DNA of 63,448 bases, the filler included, from Collodictyon triciliatum (lineage: Eukaryota): NCBI GenBank assembly GCA_043381765.1. It is 9 parts of 9 records of this genome, joined end to end, with 100 filler letters (N's around TTAATTAATTAA, not from the genome) between each part and the next. Parts side by side here need not be neighbours in the genome. Positions count along the whole stretch, not along the records: positions 7,766 to 15,430 come from JBHJMP010003797.1; positions 15,531 to 23,193 come from JBHJMP010003798.1; 7 more parts are not named here. One strand, 5' to 3'. Position 1 is the first letter of the stretch. Each line of letters opens with the position of its first letter. The position numbers were made by a program, and so were the translations under genes. This document shows, one piece after another, positions 12,898 through 23,293 of the stretch. Under the pieces are notes generated by a model. The model saw only the letters and a list, made by a program, of their open reading frames with translations, did not search any database and had not been told where the DNA came from.

Positions 12898-14873
12898 AGT
12901 TAGTCATGTTTGTTAGATGCAGTGTCGCATATTTTCTTGTATATCATTTTTCTTTCAACTCGGAACAACTAGAATTAAGATTCAATCAAATTGCAGACGA
13001 ATATACTCCCACATCTTCAAAAGAACCCTTTGAAAATATAAGAGGGCAGGACAGTTTGAATGGACTCGAGGGAAGGAAAATATATAATTAAGATGATTTC
13101 CCTTCCCCTCTTTTTCTTCCTCTTCAAACATCCAGGGAGCGAGCTAAATGTATCAGTGAATCCCAGAATTTTATATCATCGCAAAAGTGTAAATGATACA
13201 AACACTGACAAAGTATAATAAATGTTTTAAATGAGAAAGTGATTCAGTTGGCTGCAGTTATTACTATTGTACATGATAGTAGTTGATAAAACATAGTAGT
13301 CTTATAGGTTTTTTTTTCCCGTTGGCGTAGCATTATCTGGTCACTCGCTCCAGTTGCCTCATTCGTGTCCAACATAGAGTTTTCATGGAATAGTTTTTTT
13401 TAGGCCAAAACATCAATAGATTGAGCCATAAGATAGACTGGTAGAAGTGCGTTGGATAAACAGCAGACGGGTTGAGTTTAAGTCTGACTCGTAAGCAAAC
13501 GACGTCAGCAGAAATAAGTTGGTGGAAGCGACCATATCTGAATGAGCCCACGAGGTTGGATTGCTGCATGTTATGTTAAAATTGTCAGACTCTGTTTTAA
13601 ATATAATGCGAGACTTACAAAGTATCATTCATCACAACATCACATATTCAAGCTGATGAAATCCGGTTGATGTGAAAAGAAGGCTTCAACATCTTGAGTG
13701 ATTGCAAGGCTATCCTGATATCTTCGAAAAAGGAGGTTCGGTACCGATTCCGTCTCTTTGTACCGGTTGTTGTGAACGAAGCGACATGTTTGATGATAAT
13801 ACTTGATTATTCGCCCATGTCATCCGCAACACTTTATTGGTTTTAAAGTCGGTGGCGGGTTTGCCGGAACTGAATGTCATGCAAGAATCTTACAAATGCG
13901 ATGTATTTTTTACGTGAATGGTGTCTTTTTTCCCTTTTTCTTCTCTCTATTGGTGCGAATAGGTTTCTTGTTTGATGGAACTCGTTTTGTATTGGAAGGA
14001 AAAGTCTGGATGTCAGCATCCTTGGGATATCTGCAAGAAGGATTATTTTGCCAATCCCAAATAGAAAAGAGTCTTTTTCCTCCTTAAAAAAAAAAGAGGA
14101 CTTTGTTACTCATGTTTCTGCAGGAAGGTTTCATTCGCTTGCATTTAATTAGAAAGAATACGCCTTTAACAGGGATACAATACGTCTTGAAGCTCTGTCC
14201 AAACTCAGCCGTTCAAGAAATATGCAGCTTTCTGATGCCATGTCTAACAAATGAATATAATTATAGGTCGCGAGATAGGAGGGCGCAGTCTTTGTAAAAG
14301 TAGCTTCATTTCTTCCCCTTTTCTTCTGTGGATACAAAAGTCCGAGGTTGGAATCAGGATTCACCAATAAACGAGTCACATCCTTTCGACAGTAGCTTTG
14401 GACTTCCATCTCACTCCGCGGTGGGCTGCCTTTTTTTTCTTCCTCAGAGATTAGCGAAGCATAGAACTGGTTATGACTTTTCTCGAAGGTGTACACCACA
14501 GTCTTCGTTTTTCAAGAGGTGTTTTGTGGGCCGCATCAATTTATCGCAGTTTATCATGTTTGAATGATTGATGGAGCATCAGTTTCTCGAAACGAGATTG
14601 ACTATGAAGGAGGATGAATAATGCCGAGTTGTTGCGCGTAATCACCCTGGGATTTATTGCAAAATGATATTATCAAATAATCAAACTGGAAAAAAATAAT
14701 AATCAAATAATCAAACTAAATATTCACATCCATTTTTACTATTCGGTATTTTCATAAATACACACAAATAACTGCGATTAATTTGTTTTGCATTTATTCA
14801 ATCAGACTATTCTCATTCTGCCTTTTTATCCTCCTTTGAGGATTTTTCTCCGTCATTCTCTCCAGTAATATTC

Positions 14874-15430
14874 TTATTCACTTTTGCCAAACATTTGGAT
14901 GCGGTGATTTGCATAGTCGCAAACATAGAGTTTCTGATTCGGTCCAAAGCAGACTCCCATCGGATTGTAAAACTGTCCATCATTTGATGAATACTGAGAC
15001 GATGTGCCGAAAGTGTGAACAACGACATTGTCTTTTGTCGTGTCATAAACGCGGATGTGACGATATCCGTGTTCACTCACCACAATTGTGTTGTTCGAAC
15101 CTTCTGCAATCGAAACACGACCCGGCACTTTATCGATTCTGACAGCGCGCAGAAATCTCCCCATCGTATCATAAATGTTGATTTTGTCACCGCCGTATCC
15201 AACCACACAGACTTCGTTCTTTTCAGTCACGCAAATGCCCTCCGGAGATGCGATTCCTTCATCACCAGAGGATGCTCTCGCAAACGAGCGTTCGTACTCA
15301 AACACACGGTTGAACTTGTCCACTTGATTCATGCTATTGTTTGTAACATAAAGATTGCCTTCGCTGTCAAAGCATGCATTATACGGACTGGAGAAACCGC
15401 CAAAGTCACTGGATTCTGTGCTTTGTGCGC
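14874..15430 (-). CDS. NHL-repeat beta-propeller protein, 5'-partial
   Basis: FSSPYNACFDSEGNLYVT, ASPEGICV and GQFYNPMGVCFGPNQKLYVCDYANHRIQMF are NHL consensus repeats. Frame is open to the contig edge. Confidence 0.88.
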
Positions 15431-15590
15431 NNNNNNNNNNNNNNNNNNNNNNNNNNNNNNNNNNNNNNNNNNNNTTAATTAATTAANNNNNNNNNNNNNN
15501 NNNNNNNNNNNNNNNNNNNNNNNNNNNNNNGAAGTCTCGAAGAAAAAAACACGCACGCGTACATACATGCACAAACAGAGGAAGAAACAA

Positions 15591-15957
15591 TCACAGCCGC
15601 AATAGAAAAAGTTTTAATATTGATGTCTCGGAAATGAAGTGCAACCGCCCCATGAATCCAAGAAAGAATCTGAATAATACAATAGTATGATTGGTATATA
15701 TAATAAGGTTAAAATACTTAATAGTTTCATTCTATTCATATAATCAATTTATATTTTATTTTCCATAATGTAATATTAAATGCAAAAATTAGAAAATTAA
15801 AAACAATCCCTTACCTTAGGCCAGACAGAACCCACCCTATAAACCTCCCACCAAACATGCATTTCAAAAAAGTATACAATCCACACTTGCGGCGGTAATC
15901 ATGTTGGTTGAGGCCGACATATTGGCTTTCACTTGCAATTGCCATACGGCCGCCCAT
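15591..15957 (-). CDS. Putative 73-aa two-exon ORF divergent from Fanzor (copy 2 at 21540-21906)
   Basis: Exons 15957-15815 and 15669-15591, donor AG|GTAAGG, acceptor TATTCAG|. Intact in both copies. Confidence 0.35.
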
Positions 15958-16182
15958 TTGAACTCGCCGAATCGGCTCTCAGCATTTTGTCTCAAATCAC
16001 TTGTAAAAAAAGCTTTGTGTGTTTCTTGGCCACAAAGCGCACATATTTTGAAAGTCTCGATAAATGCTTAATTTTACATAAATTTATTTATTTATTTATT
16101 AAATCGACTGATTGATTTAAGTTTAATTGAAATTGAAAACTCGGTAGTTCTCTAAAGGAAAAAGTAAAACAAAGACTTTCAG

Positions 16183-17669
16183 ATAAAGAAAAGAAAACGT
16201 CTTGAGTCTGAGAGTCTAAAGTCTGTAAAACCAGACTATCGAAACATGAAAAACATCTCTAAAGTCGATTGTAAAGAATCCGGATGACTACGACAAAATC
16301 AACGATACGGTTTTATTGTGTCATAATTTGGTTACCGAGACTTATCTGTTTGCAAGATGTTAAATACTGAAATCACAACAACTCCCAACAATCGATGAAA
16401 TGTTTTTTTTTTGTACGCTTTAAAGACAGTCGGGGTAGTTTCACAAGACAGAACCACAAGTTTAAAAAAACCAGAAATGAGTTAAGACTTGAAGTCTTTT
16501 TATCTCAATGATTTTCGATTCCTTCTGTCCCAAGAAGAGCGCTTTCCGTAGGTTGGACTGTCTCATGTATTACCGTACTTGGCGGAGCAAATGTTAACAG
16601 CTTATCATAACAATATTAAGGAACATTTTGTTAAGATTTTACTGCGCTTGATAAATCAAACAGTACCTAAATATGAGAATATTACGGAAGCTATTAAGAG
16701 GGCAGAGTCACAAAAGTTAAAAAAAAGCGTCATTTTCAAGAATCTCGAAATACCGAAACAATAAAAAGGATGGGCTAAAATACATTTGCATCATATTATT
16801 CTCAGCGATATTGTAAAAGGTATCAAATATGACGCCAAAATCAATCCAAATAAGTACATTCCATGTCTGATTTACATTAATCACATTTTTGAAGACATTT
16901 GAATCAAATCTGTTTCAACCAATCTCTATAAGAACTGACATTATACCATGTTATATTACTCTAGATACTGCATGTCTGATAGATCTATTAGTATTATTTG
17001 GAAAATCATTATTAATGAAGAATATATCAGGATGCGAAGAGACCTTATGGAATAAGTTCTTTGAAATGAAGGAGAGGGGCATTCGTCAATGAGCCTACAA
17101 TTTTAGATACATGATACAAACAGACGGTTTGGCGGTGTCATTATTCTTTCAAAAGAAAGGTATTTCAAATTCAAAATCCAAATAAATCAAAAAAAAACCT
17201 AAGAATATGTTTATATAGGTGAACATTCCGAAGAGCAGTTATCTTTATTAGCGACAAAAAAAACAGTTGGAGTGGACGCAGGCAAGTTTAATTTGATTTA
17301 GATGGCGGATGAGACAGGTAAGAAATTATGTCACACGGCTCACCAAACAAGACACGGTAGCAAATCTCTTGAAAATCACAAATTACTCTCGCGAGAGAAA
17401 AAAGTACAATGCCTTCAGGTATATACATGGCACCAGATTTACAAAGTGCTGTTTCTTTTGGTCTCAGGACTTTTGAAGAGAATCAGCAGTTTGAGACATC
17501 AAGAGTATCTTTAATCGATTTAGAGACGAGAATGCAATCGCTCAGAAAGCAAACAAACTGTATTCTTGACAAGGGACTTTAACAGCGCAATAAATATACT
17601 CAAGAAAGTTCGTTTAATCCTTCAAAAATATGCATACACCTTTCTTTTAAAAACGAAACAGGCTGTTGA
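16183..17669 (+). pseudogene. Fanzor1 (TnpB-related RuvC nuclease) pseudogene
   Basis: Frame-hopping translation gives KTSLKSIVKN..KINDTVLLCHNLVTETYLFAR, QMLTAYHNNIKEHF, LFQPISIRTDIIPCYITLDTACLIDL, YMIQTDGLAVSL, RuvC-I VGVDAGKFNLI (Asp at 17275-17277) and RuvC-III ESKQTVFLTRDFNSAINI (Asp at 17575-17577), with TGA at 17667-17669. Multiple stops and frameshifts; no RuvC-II or Zn-finger segment recognisable. Confidence 0.88.
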
Positions 17670-17810
17670 GTCTTTCCTGGCAACCTACACCAGTACACAA
17701 TCTTTGTGAAATAAGCGATGAGACCTTGGATACTGGCGCACGAAGTTTGCCAATCTTTCGGCTGGCTTACCCCCTTCTAGCAGAAAGGATAAATCTGGAA
17801 TATAAGTCAC
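17670..17810 (+). ncRNA. Candidate Fanzor omega-RNA scaffold / element right end
   Basis: Lies immediately 3' of the Fanzor stop. Nested stems tggcaa/ttgcca, ccagta/tactgg, cacaa/ttgtg, then ggctta/taagtc around ttct-agc-agaa. Boundaries inferred. Confidence 0.4.
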
Positions 17811-18138
17811 CTTGCTGCACCCATAATATAAAATCCACCATTATACTTTGAGCGAAAACAAATCAAAACAAGACGAAACTGGACATGACAACACGCGCTG
17901 CCCAAACGCACATGGAAGCAGATGAACTGTAGTGCGGCGCGGGGCGGGTCTGTGATCGTGTAGCAGACTATTGTCCAGCTTCTGGGCCCGAGTTGGAGGG
18001 CAGACAAAAGCTAACACAGCTTAAAGAGCTCCAGTTCTTTGGTCTCTCAGATCCACCGTGTCATGATGCACTGGCTCCTCTTTTATTCCCTTGCCTCTCC
18101 CTTTCTGATTTTATTTTATCCTTTCTCATTTTCGTTTT

Positions 18139-18303
18139 TTGTTTATTTTCTTTTATTTTCCTTTTATTTTTATTTTATTATTATTTTATTATTATTTTAT
18201 TATTATTTTATTATTATTTTATTATTATTTTATTATTATTTTATTATTATTTTATTTTTATTTTATTTTATTTTTATTTTATTTTTATTTTATTTTTATT
18301 TTA

Positions 18304-18334
<31 letters not shown>

Positions 18335-18345
18335 TCAACTTTTCT
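18139..18345. repeat. Low-complexity (TTA)n/(TTTTTA)n tract
   Basis: Directly visible simple repeat. Confidence 0.9.
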
Positions 18346-18445
18346 TACTTTTTACGTCTGTCTTGCAACAACTGATGAACTAAAAAAAAATAAAAGATCT
18401 TGAGGATAGTGTACTAAAATCTAAGTAAAAGGTCTAGAGGATCAG

Positions 18446-19315
18446 ATGTCTTCCACGCCAGCATACGACATTGTTATCAAGTTCTTGCTACTCGGCAACT
18501 CAGGTATTGGTTTGGTACAGATTCCCTCCCTCTAGACTTTCTGTTGTGTTCTGGTGTTCTATTCCAAAACTTGGTTGTCGACAATTACTATGGCTAGTGA
18601 TCGGCACCTCATCGTATCCTTCTCTTTCTGTCTCTCTTTTTTTTTTTTACATATAAAGGTGTTGGCAAGAGCGCACTTCTAGTTCGATTCTCTGATGGAG
18701 AGTTTTTGTCAGCCCACACAACAACTCTCGGGTTTGCACGTCATCTCTCTCCTTTTATTCAGCACCTTGCCCCGCCATTGAATACTCTTCAGCTGGGTTT
18801 AATCTAATCGGGCCTTTCATGTTTCTTTGCGTCTTGTTCAGAATCGACTTCAAAGTCAAGACTATTGAGATTGACCAGAAACGCGTCAAGATACAAATAT
18901 GGGATACTGCTGGGCAGGAGCGCTTTCGTGCAATTGCCACATGTAAACCTTCGATTATATCTCTTTACTTTTCTTTTCTTTTCTTTTTTTTGTATAATTG
19001 TACATGCTAGTCTTTAGACTTATCTACGGTTTCTCCTGATGCAGCTTACTTTCGTGGAGTCAAAGGATTTCTTCTCGTCTACGATGTGACAGATCGAAGC
19101 TCCTTCGAAGGTAAGGGCCATGCGCCGCCAAAAATATACCTACCACTGGCGGTATGCACACTCGCTCATAATCACTTGCTCCCTCTTATTAATCCTTTCT
19201 GCAATATCACTAACGCGTGGTCTTGAATTGATGCAGGTGTGGAAAGATGGCTCAGGGATATCCATGAGAATGCGACAGACTCTCACAAGATCATACTGAT
19301 TGCCAACAAAGTCGA
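18446..19315 (+). CDS. Rab GTPase, Rab8/Sec4-like (3' end lost in N gap)
   Basis: Exons at about 18446-18503, 18659-18731, 18842-18942, 19045-19110 and from about 19237. Motifs [44 protein letters not shown]. Confidence 0.92.
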
Positions 19316-20139
19316 NNNNNNNNNNNNNNNNNNNNNNNNNNNNNNNNNNNNNNNNNNNNNNNNNNNNNNNNNNNNNNNNNNNNNNNNNNNNNNNNNNNNN
19401 NNNNNNNNNNNNNNNNNNNNNNNNNNNNNNNNNNNNNNNNNNNNNNNNNNNNNNNNNNNNNNNNNNNNNNNNNNNNNNNNNNNNNNNNNNNNNNNNNNNN
19501 NNNNNNNNNNNNNNNNNNNNNNNNNNNNNNNNNNNNNNNNNNNNNNNNNNNNNNNNNNNNNNNNNNNNNNNNNNNNNNNNNNNNNNNNNNNNNNNNNNNN
19601 NNNNNNNNNNNNNNNNNNNNNNNNNNNNNNNNNNNNNNNNNNNNNNNNNNNNNNNNNNNNNNNNNNNNNNNNNNNNNNNNNNNNNNNNNNNNNNNNNNNN
19701 NNNNNNNNNNNNNNNNNNNNNNNNNNNNNNNNNNNNNNNNNNNNNNNNNNNNNNNNNNNNNNNNNNNNNNNNNNNNNNNNNNNNNNNNNNNNNNNNNNNN
19801 NNNNNNNNNNNNNNNNNNNNNNNNNNNNNNNNNNNNNNNNNNNNNNNNNNNNNNNNNNNNNNNNNNNNNNNNNNNNNNNNNNNNNNNNNNNNNNNNNNNN
19901 NNNNNNNNNNNNNNNNNNNNNNNNNNNNNNNNNNNNNNNNNNNNNNNNNNNNNNNNNNNNNNNNNNNNNNNNNNNNNNNNNNNNNNNNNNNNNNNNNNNN
20001 NNNNNNNNNNNNNNNNNNNNNNNNNNNNNNNNNNNNNNNNNNNNNNNNNNNNNNNNNNNNNNNNNNNNNNNNNNNNNNNNNNNNNNNNNNGCTTATTTAT
20101 TTGATCCTATATGGCAATGTCCTTGGTAAACCCACAAAC

Positions 20140-20324
20140 CGCGTGCCTGTCTTGTCTGATTCGATGCGAAACCAATCGTTGTCTTGGGCTTTGTTGTTCT
20201 GAACATACTTGATAAGGGCGGTATATTCTTCCTTGAGCCGTTCGCCCCACTTCTCGTCTCGTGGCCCGGCCCGCTCGGTCAACAGAGGGATCTTTTGCAC
20301 AGTTTGCTTTGTTCGTTCATCCAT
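20140..20324 (-). CDS. UFC1: UFM1-conjugating enzyme 1, first exon (rest in N gap)
   Basis: [62 protein letters not shown] followed by a GT donor matches the UFC1 N-terminus. Confidence 0.95.
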
Positions 20325-21479
20325 GGCACACCTTCTACAAAAGCCTCTCCTGGTCTGCAACTACTATCGGTACTATGACAGGATCAACATAAAGTCGAAG
20401 CGATCAGCATCTGGTAACTTGCGTTTGTCGGCCTTCAGCCGGCTTTGGGTTGCCGACCAAAGCTTCACGAAAGAAAGGGACGCAAGTTGTCCGATAAAAA
20501 GTTGGAAAAAAAAAAACAAGAAATAAAAACTGTAGGGGCGCATGTTTCAGTTGAGGAATGATCAAATCGTGATTGGTTTAATGGCAAGGCCGTGGGCTGG
20601 GTATAGGTAATGGAATATAGCCGGTATCTGTCGCGCGCTGATATCATCATCTTTACTATAGCTCAAGTTAATCATCTGCGTGTAGGGTGGCGAGTGAAGG
20701 AATGCATGAGAGAACATCTTAAGATATGCTCTATCGCACGCTCATGCCTTGTGATCCACAAACTCATTCGACCAGTTGGTTTCCCCGCCTGAACAACTGG
20801 GTGTCGCCAACTTCTTTGCATCGGTGTCACCTTTCCGCCGAACGAGTATACTCCGTTCGCAGCCCGCCATGCACACTTTATCGGCTTTTATAGAGCCACA
20901 CTTTAAAGCTTCAAATCAATCAAATGATGAAGAAAAATGTAAATAGCCTATAAAAAAAAATATATTTAAAAAACCAATGAACCTCCCCTTAGTTGATAAC
21001 TAAATATGATAAAGATTTAGTAATTTTAGATGCGATTCAACGATATCAACATAGCGCAAGTGTTTTCGAAATGCTTCGGTTTTGTGTCTGCGAGGAAGTA
21101 GATTGCAAAACGCAGGGTTTACAAGGACTCAAGTAAAAGAAAGCTTTTTGGAAAACTTTCCGCGTGTGATTGTCTACAAGGCCATATTTATCCGAGGAGG
21201 CGGGTAGAAAAAGAAACACCATCGGGATAAAAAGCCACAGATGAAGATATTAAGTGAAGCACTTTGCCCTCGAAGTTAAATGCTAACTTAAAAAAAAAGC
21301 TAGCATCGGAGGCATTAGGACATCAAAGTTCAATGATGAGTCCCAAAAAGGTACCAGATGGACAAACATTGAAGGCAACATCTAGTGATGCTAAAGGATG
21401 TCGGGCTGTTTGAGTATCTCTGGGCATCTTGTGACGCATAAGCCTCACCCCTCGGCAGGAAAAAGGAGAGGAAGGGGAG

Positions 21480-23193
21480 GAAGTCTCGAAGAAAAAAACA
21501 CGCACGCGTACATACATGCACAAACAGAGGAAGAAACAATCACAGCCGCAATAGAAAAAGTTTTAATATTGATGTCTCTGAAATGAAGTGCAACCGCCCC
21601 ATGAATCCAAGAAAGAATCTGAATAATACGATAGTATGATTGGTATATATAATAAGGTTAAAATGCTTAATAATCATTCTATTCCTGTAATCAGCTTATA
21701 TATTATTTTGCATTTATGTAATATTAAATGCAAAAATTAAAAAAATTAAAAACAATCCCTTACCTTAGGCCAGACAGAACCCACTCTATAAACCTCCCAC
21801 CAAACATGCATTTCAAAAAAGTACACAATCCACACTTGCGGCGGTAATCATGTTGGTTGAGGCCGACATATTGACTTTCAGTCGCAATGGCTATACGGCC
21901 GCCCATTTGAACTCGCCGAATCGGCTCTCAGCGTTTTGTCTCAAATCACTTGTATAAAAAAGCTTTGTGTGTTTCTTTACCACAAAGCGCACATATTTTG
22001 AAAGTCTCGATAAATGCTTAATTTTACATAAATTTATTTATTTATTAAATCGACTGATTGATTTAAGTTTAATTGAAATTGAAAACTCGGTAGTTCTCTA
22101 AAAGAAAAAGTAAAACAAAGACTTTCACGTGAAGAAAAGAAAAGGTCTTGAGTCTGGGAATATAAAGTCTGTAAACCCACACTATCGAAATGTGAAAACA
22201 TCTCCAAAGTCGATTGTAAAGAATGCGGATGACTATGACAAAATCAACGACACGGTTTTATTGTGTCATAATTTGGTTACTGACACTTATCTGTTTGCAA
22301 GATGTTACATATTGAAATCACAACAACCCCCAACAATCGATGAAATGTTGTTTTTTGTACGCTTTAAAGACAGCCGGAGTAGTTTCACAAGATAGACCCG
22401 CAATTTTAAAAGATCCAGATATGAGAGATGACATGATGACTTTTTATCTCAATGAATTTCGATTTTTTTTGTTCTGAGAAGAACGCTTTCCGTTGGTTGA
22501 CTGCCTAATGTATTACCATACTTGACGAAGCAAATGTTAACAGCTTATTATAACAACATTAAGGAGCATTTTGTAAATAGGTTACTGAGTTTTATAAACC
22601 AAAGTTCCATAAGATGAGAATATGACGAAGCTGTTAAAAAGGCAGAGTCACGAAAGCTAAAAAAAGCCACCTTCAAGAAACTCGAAATACCGTAGCAATT
22701 TAAAAGATGGACTATAACGCATTTGAATCATATCATTCACAGCGACATTGTAGTTGATATCGAATATGACGTCAAATTCAATCCAAAAAAGCACATGGTA
22801 TGTCTGATTTACATGAATCGCATTTTTGAGGATGTTGGAACCAAACTGCTTCAACCAATCTCTATAAGAACTGACAATATACCATGTCATATTAGTCTAG
22901 ATACCGCATGTTTGATAGATCTATTAGTATCAACAGGAAAAAGATTATTAATGAAGAATATATCAGGATGTAAAGAGACCCTATGGGATAACTTCTATGC
23001 AATAAAGAGAGGGTCTTTCATCAAACAGACTACAATTTTAAGCACATGATACAAACAGACAGCTTGGCAGTGTTATTGTTTGAAAAGAAAGGTATTTCAA
23101 ATTCAAAATTCAAATATAATCAAAAACCAAGAATATGTCTATATAGATGAACTTTCCGAAGAGCAGTTATCTTTATTGGAGACGAAAAAAATG
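21480..23193 (+). mobile_element. Fanzor1-bearing element, copy 2 (right part cut by contig edge; left end may extend upstream of 21480)
   Basis: Direct repeat of 15531 to about 17263, starting gaagtctcgaagaaaaaaacacgcacgcgtacatac. Confidence 0.85.
22129..23193 (+). pseudogene. Fanzor1 pseudogene, copy 2, truncated just before RuvC-I
   Basis: KTSPKSIVKN..KINDTVLLCHNLVTDTYLFARCYIL, LLQPISIRTDNIPCHISLDTACLIDL, HMIQTDSLAV, EYVYIDELSEEQL. Its stops and frameshifts differ from copy 1. Confidence 0.85.
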
Positions 23194-23293
23194 NNNNNNN
23201 NNNNNNNNNNNNNNNNNNNNNNNNNNNNNNNNNNNNNTTAATTAATTAANNNNNNNNNNNNNNNNNNNNNNNNNNNNNNNNNNNNNNNNNNNN

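Larger units (their letters stand above)
15531..17810 (+). mobile_element. Fanzor1-bearing element, copy 1 (left end cut by contig edge; right end approximate)
   Basis: 15531 to about 17263 aligns by eye with 21480-23193 in direct orientation and contains a decayed Fanzor ORF. Confidence 0.8.

Noticed and set aside
13330-14640. Coding-like minus-strand fragments between ARL13B and the NHL gene
   Set aside because: Broken frames with no recognisable domain; cannot be assigned.
17993-18403. Hydrophobic F/Y/I/L-rich ORFs, likewise at 31048-31611, 42213-42566, 48067-48599 and 53901-54301
   Set aside because: Translations of microsatellites.
19239-20202. Long ORFs of about 300 aa (also 34362-35076)
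   Set aside because: Read-through of N gaps.
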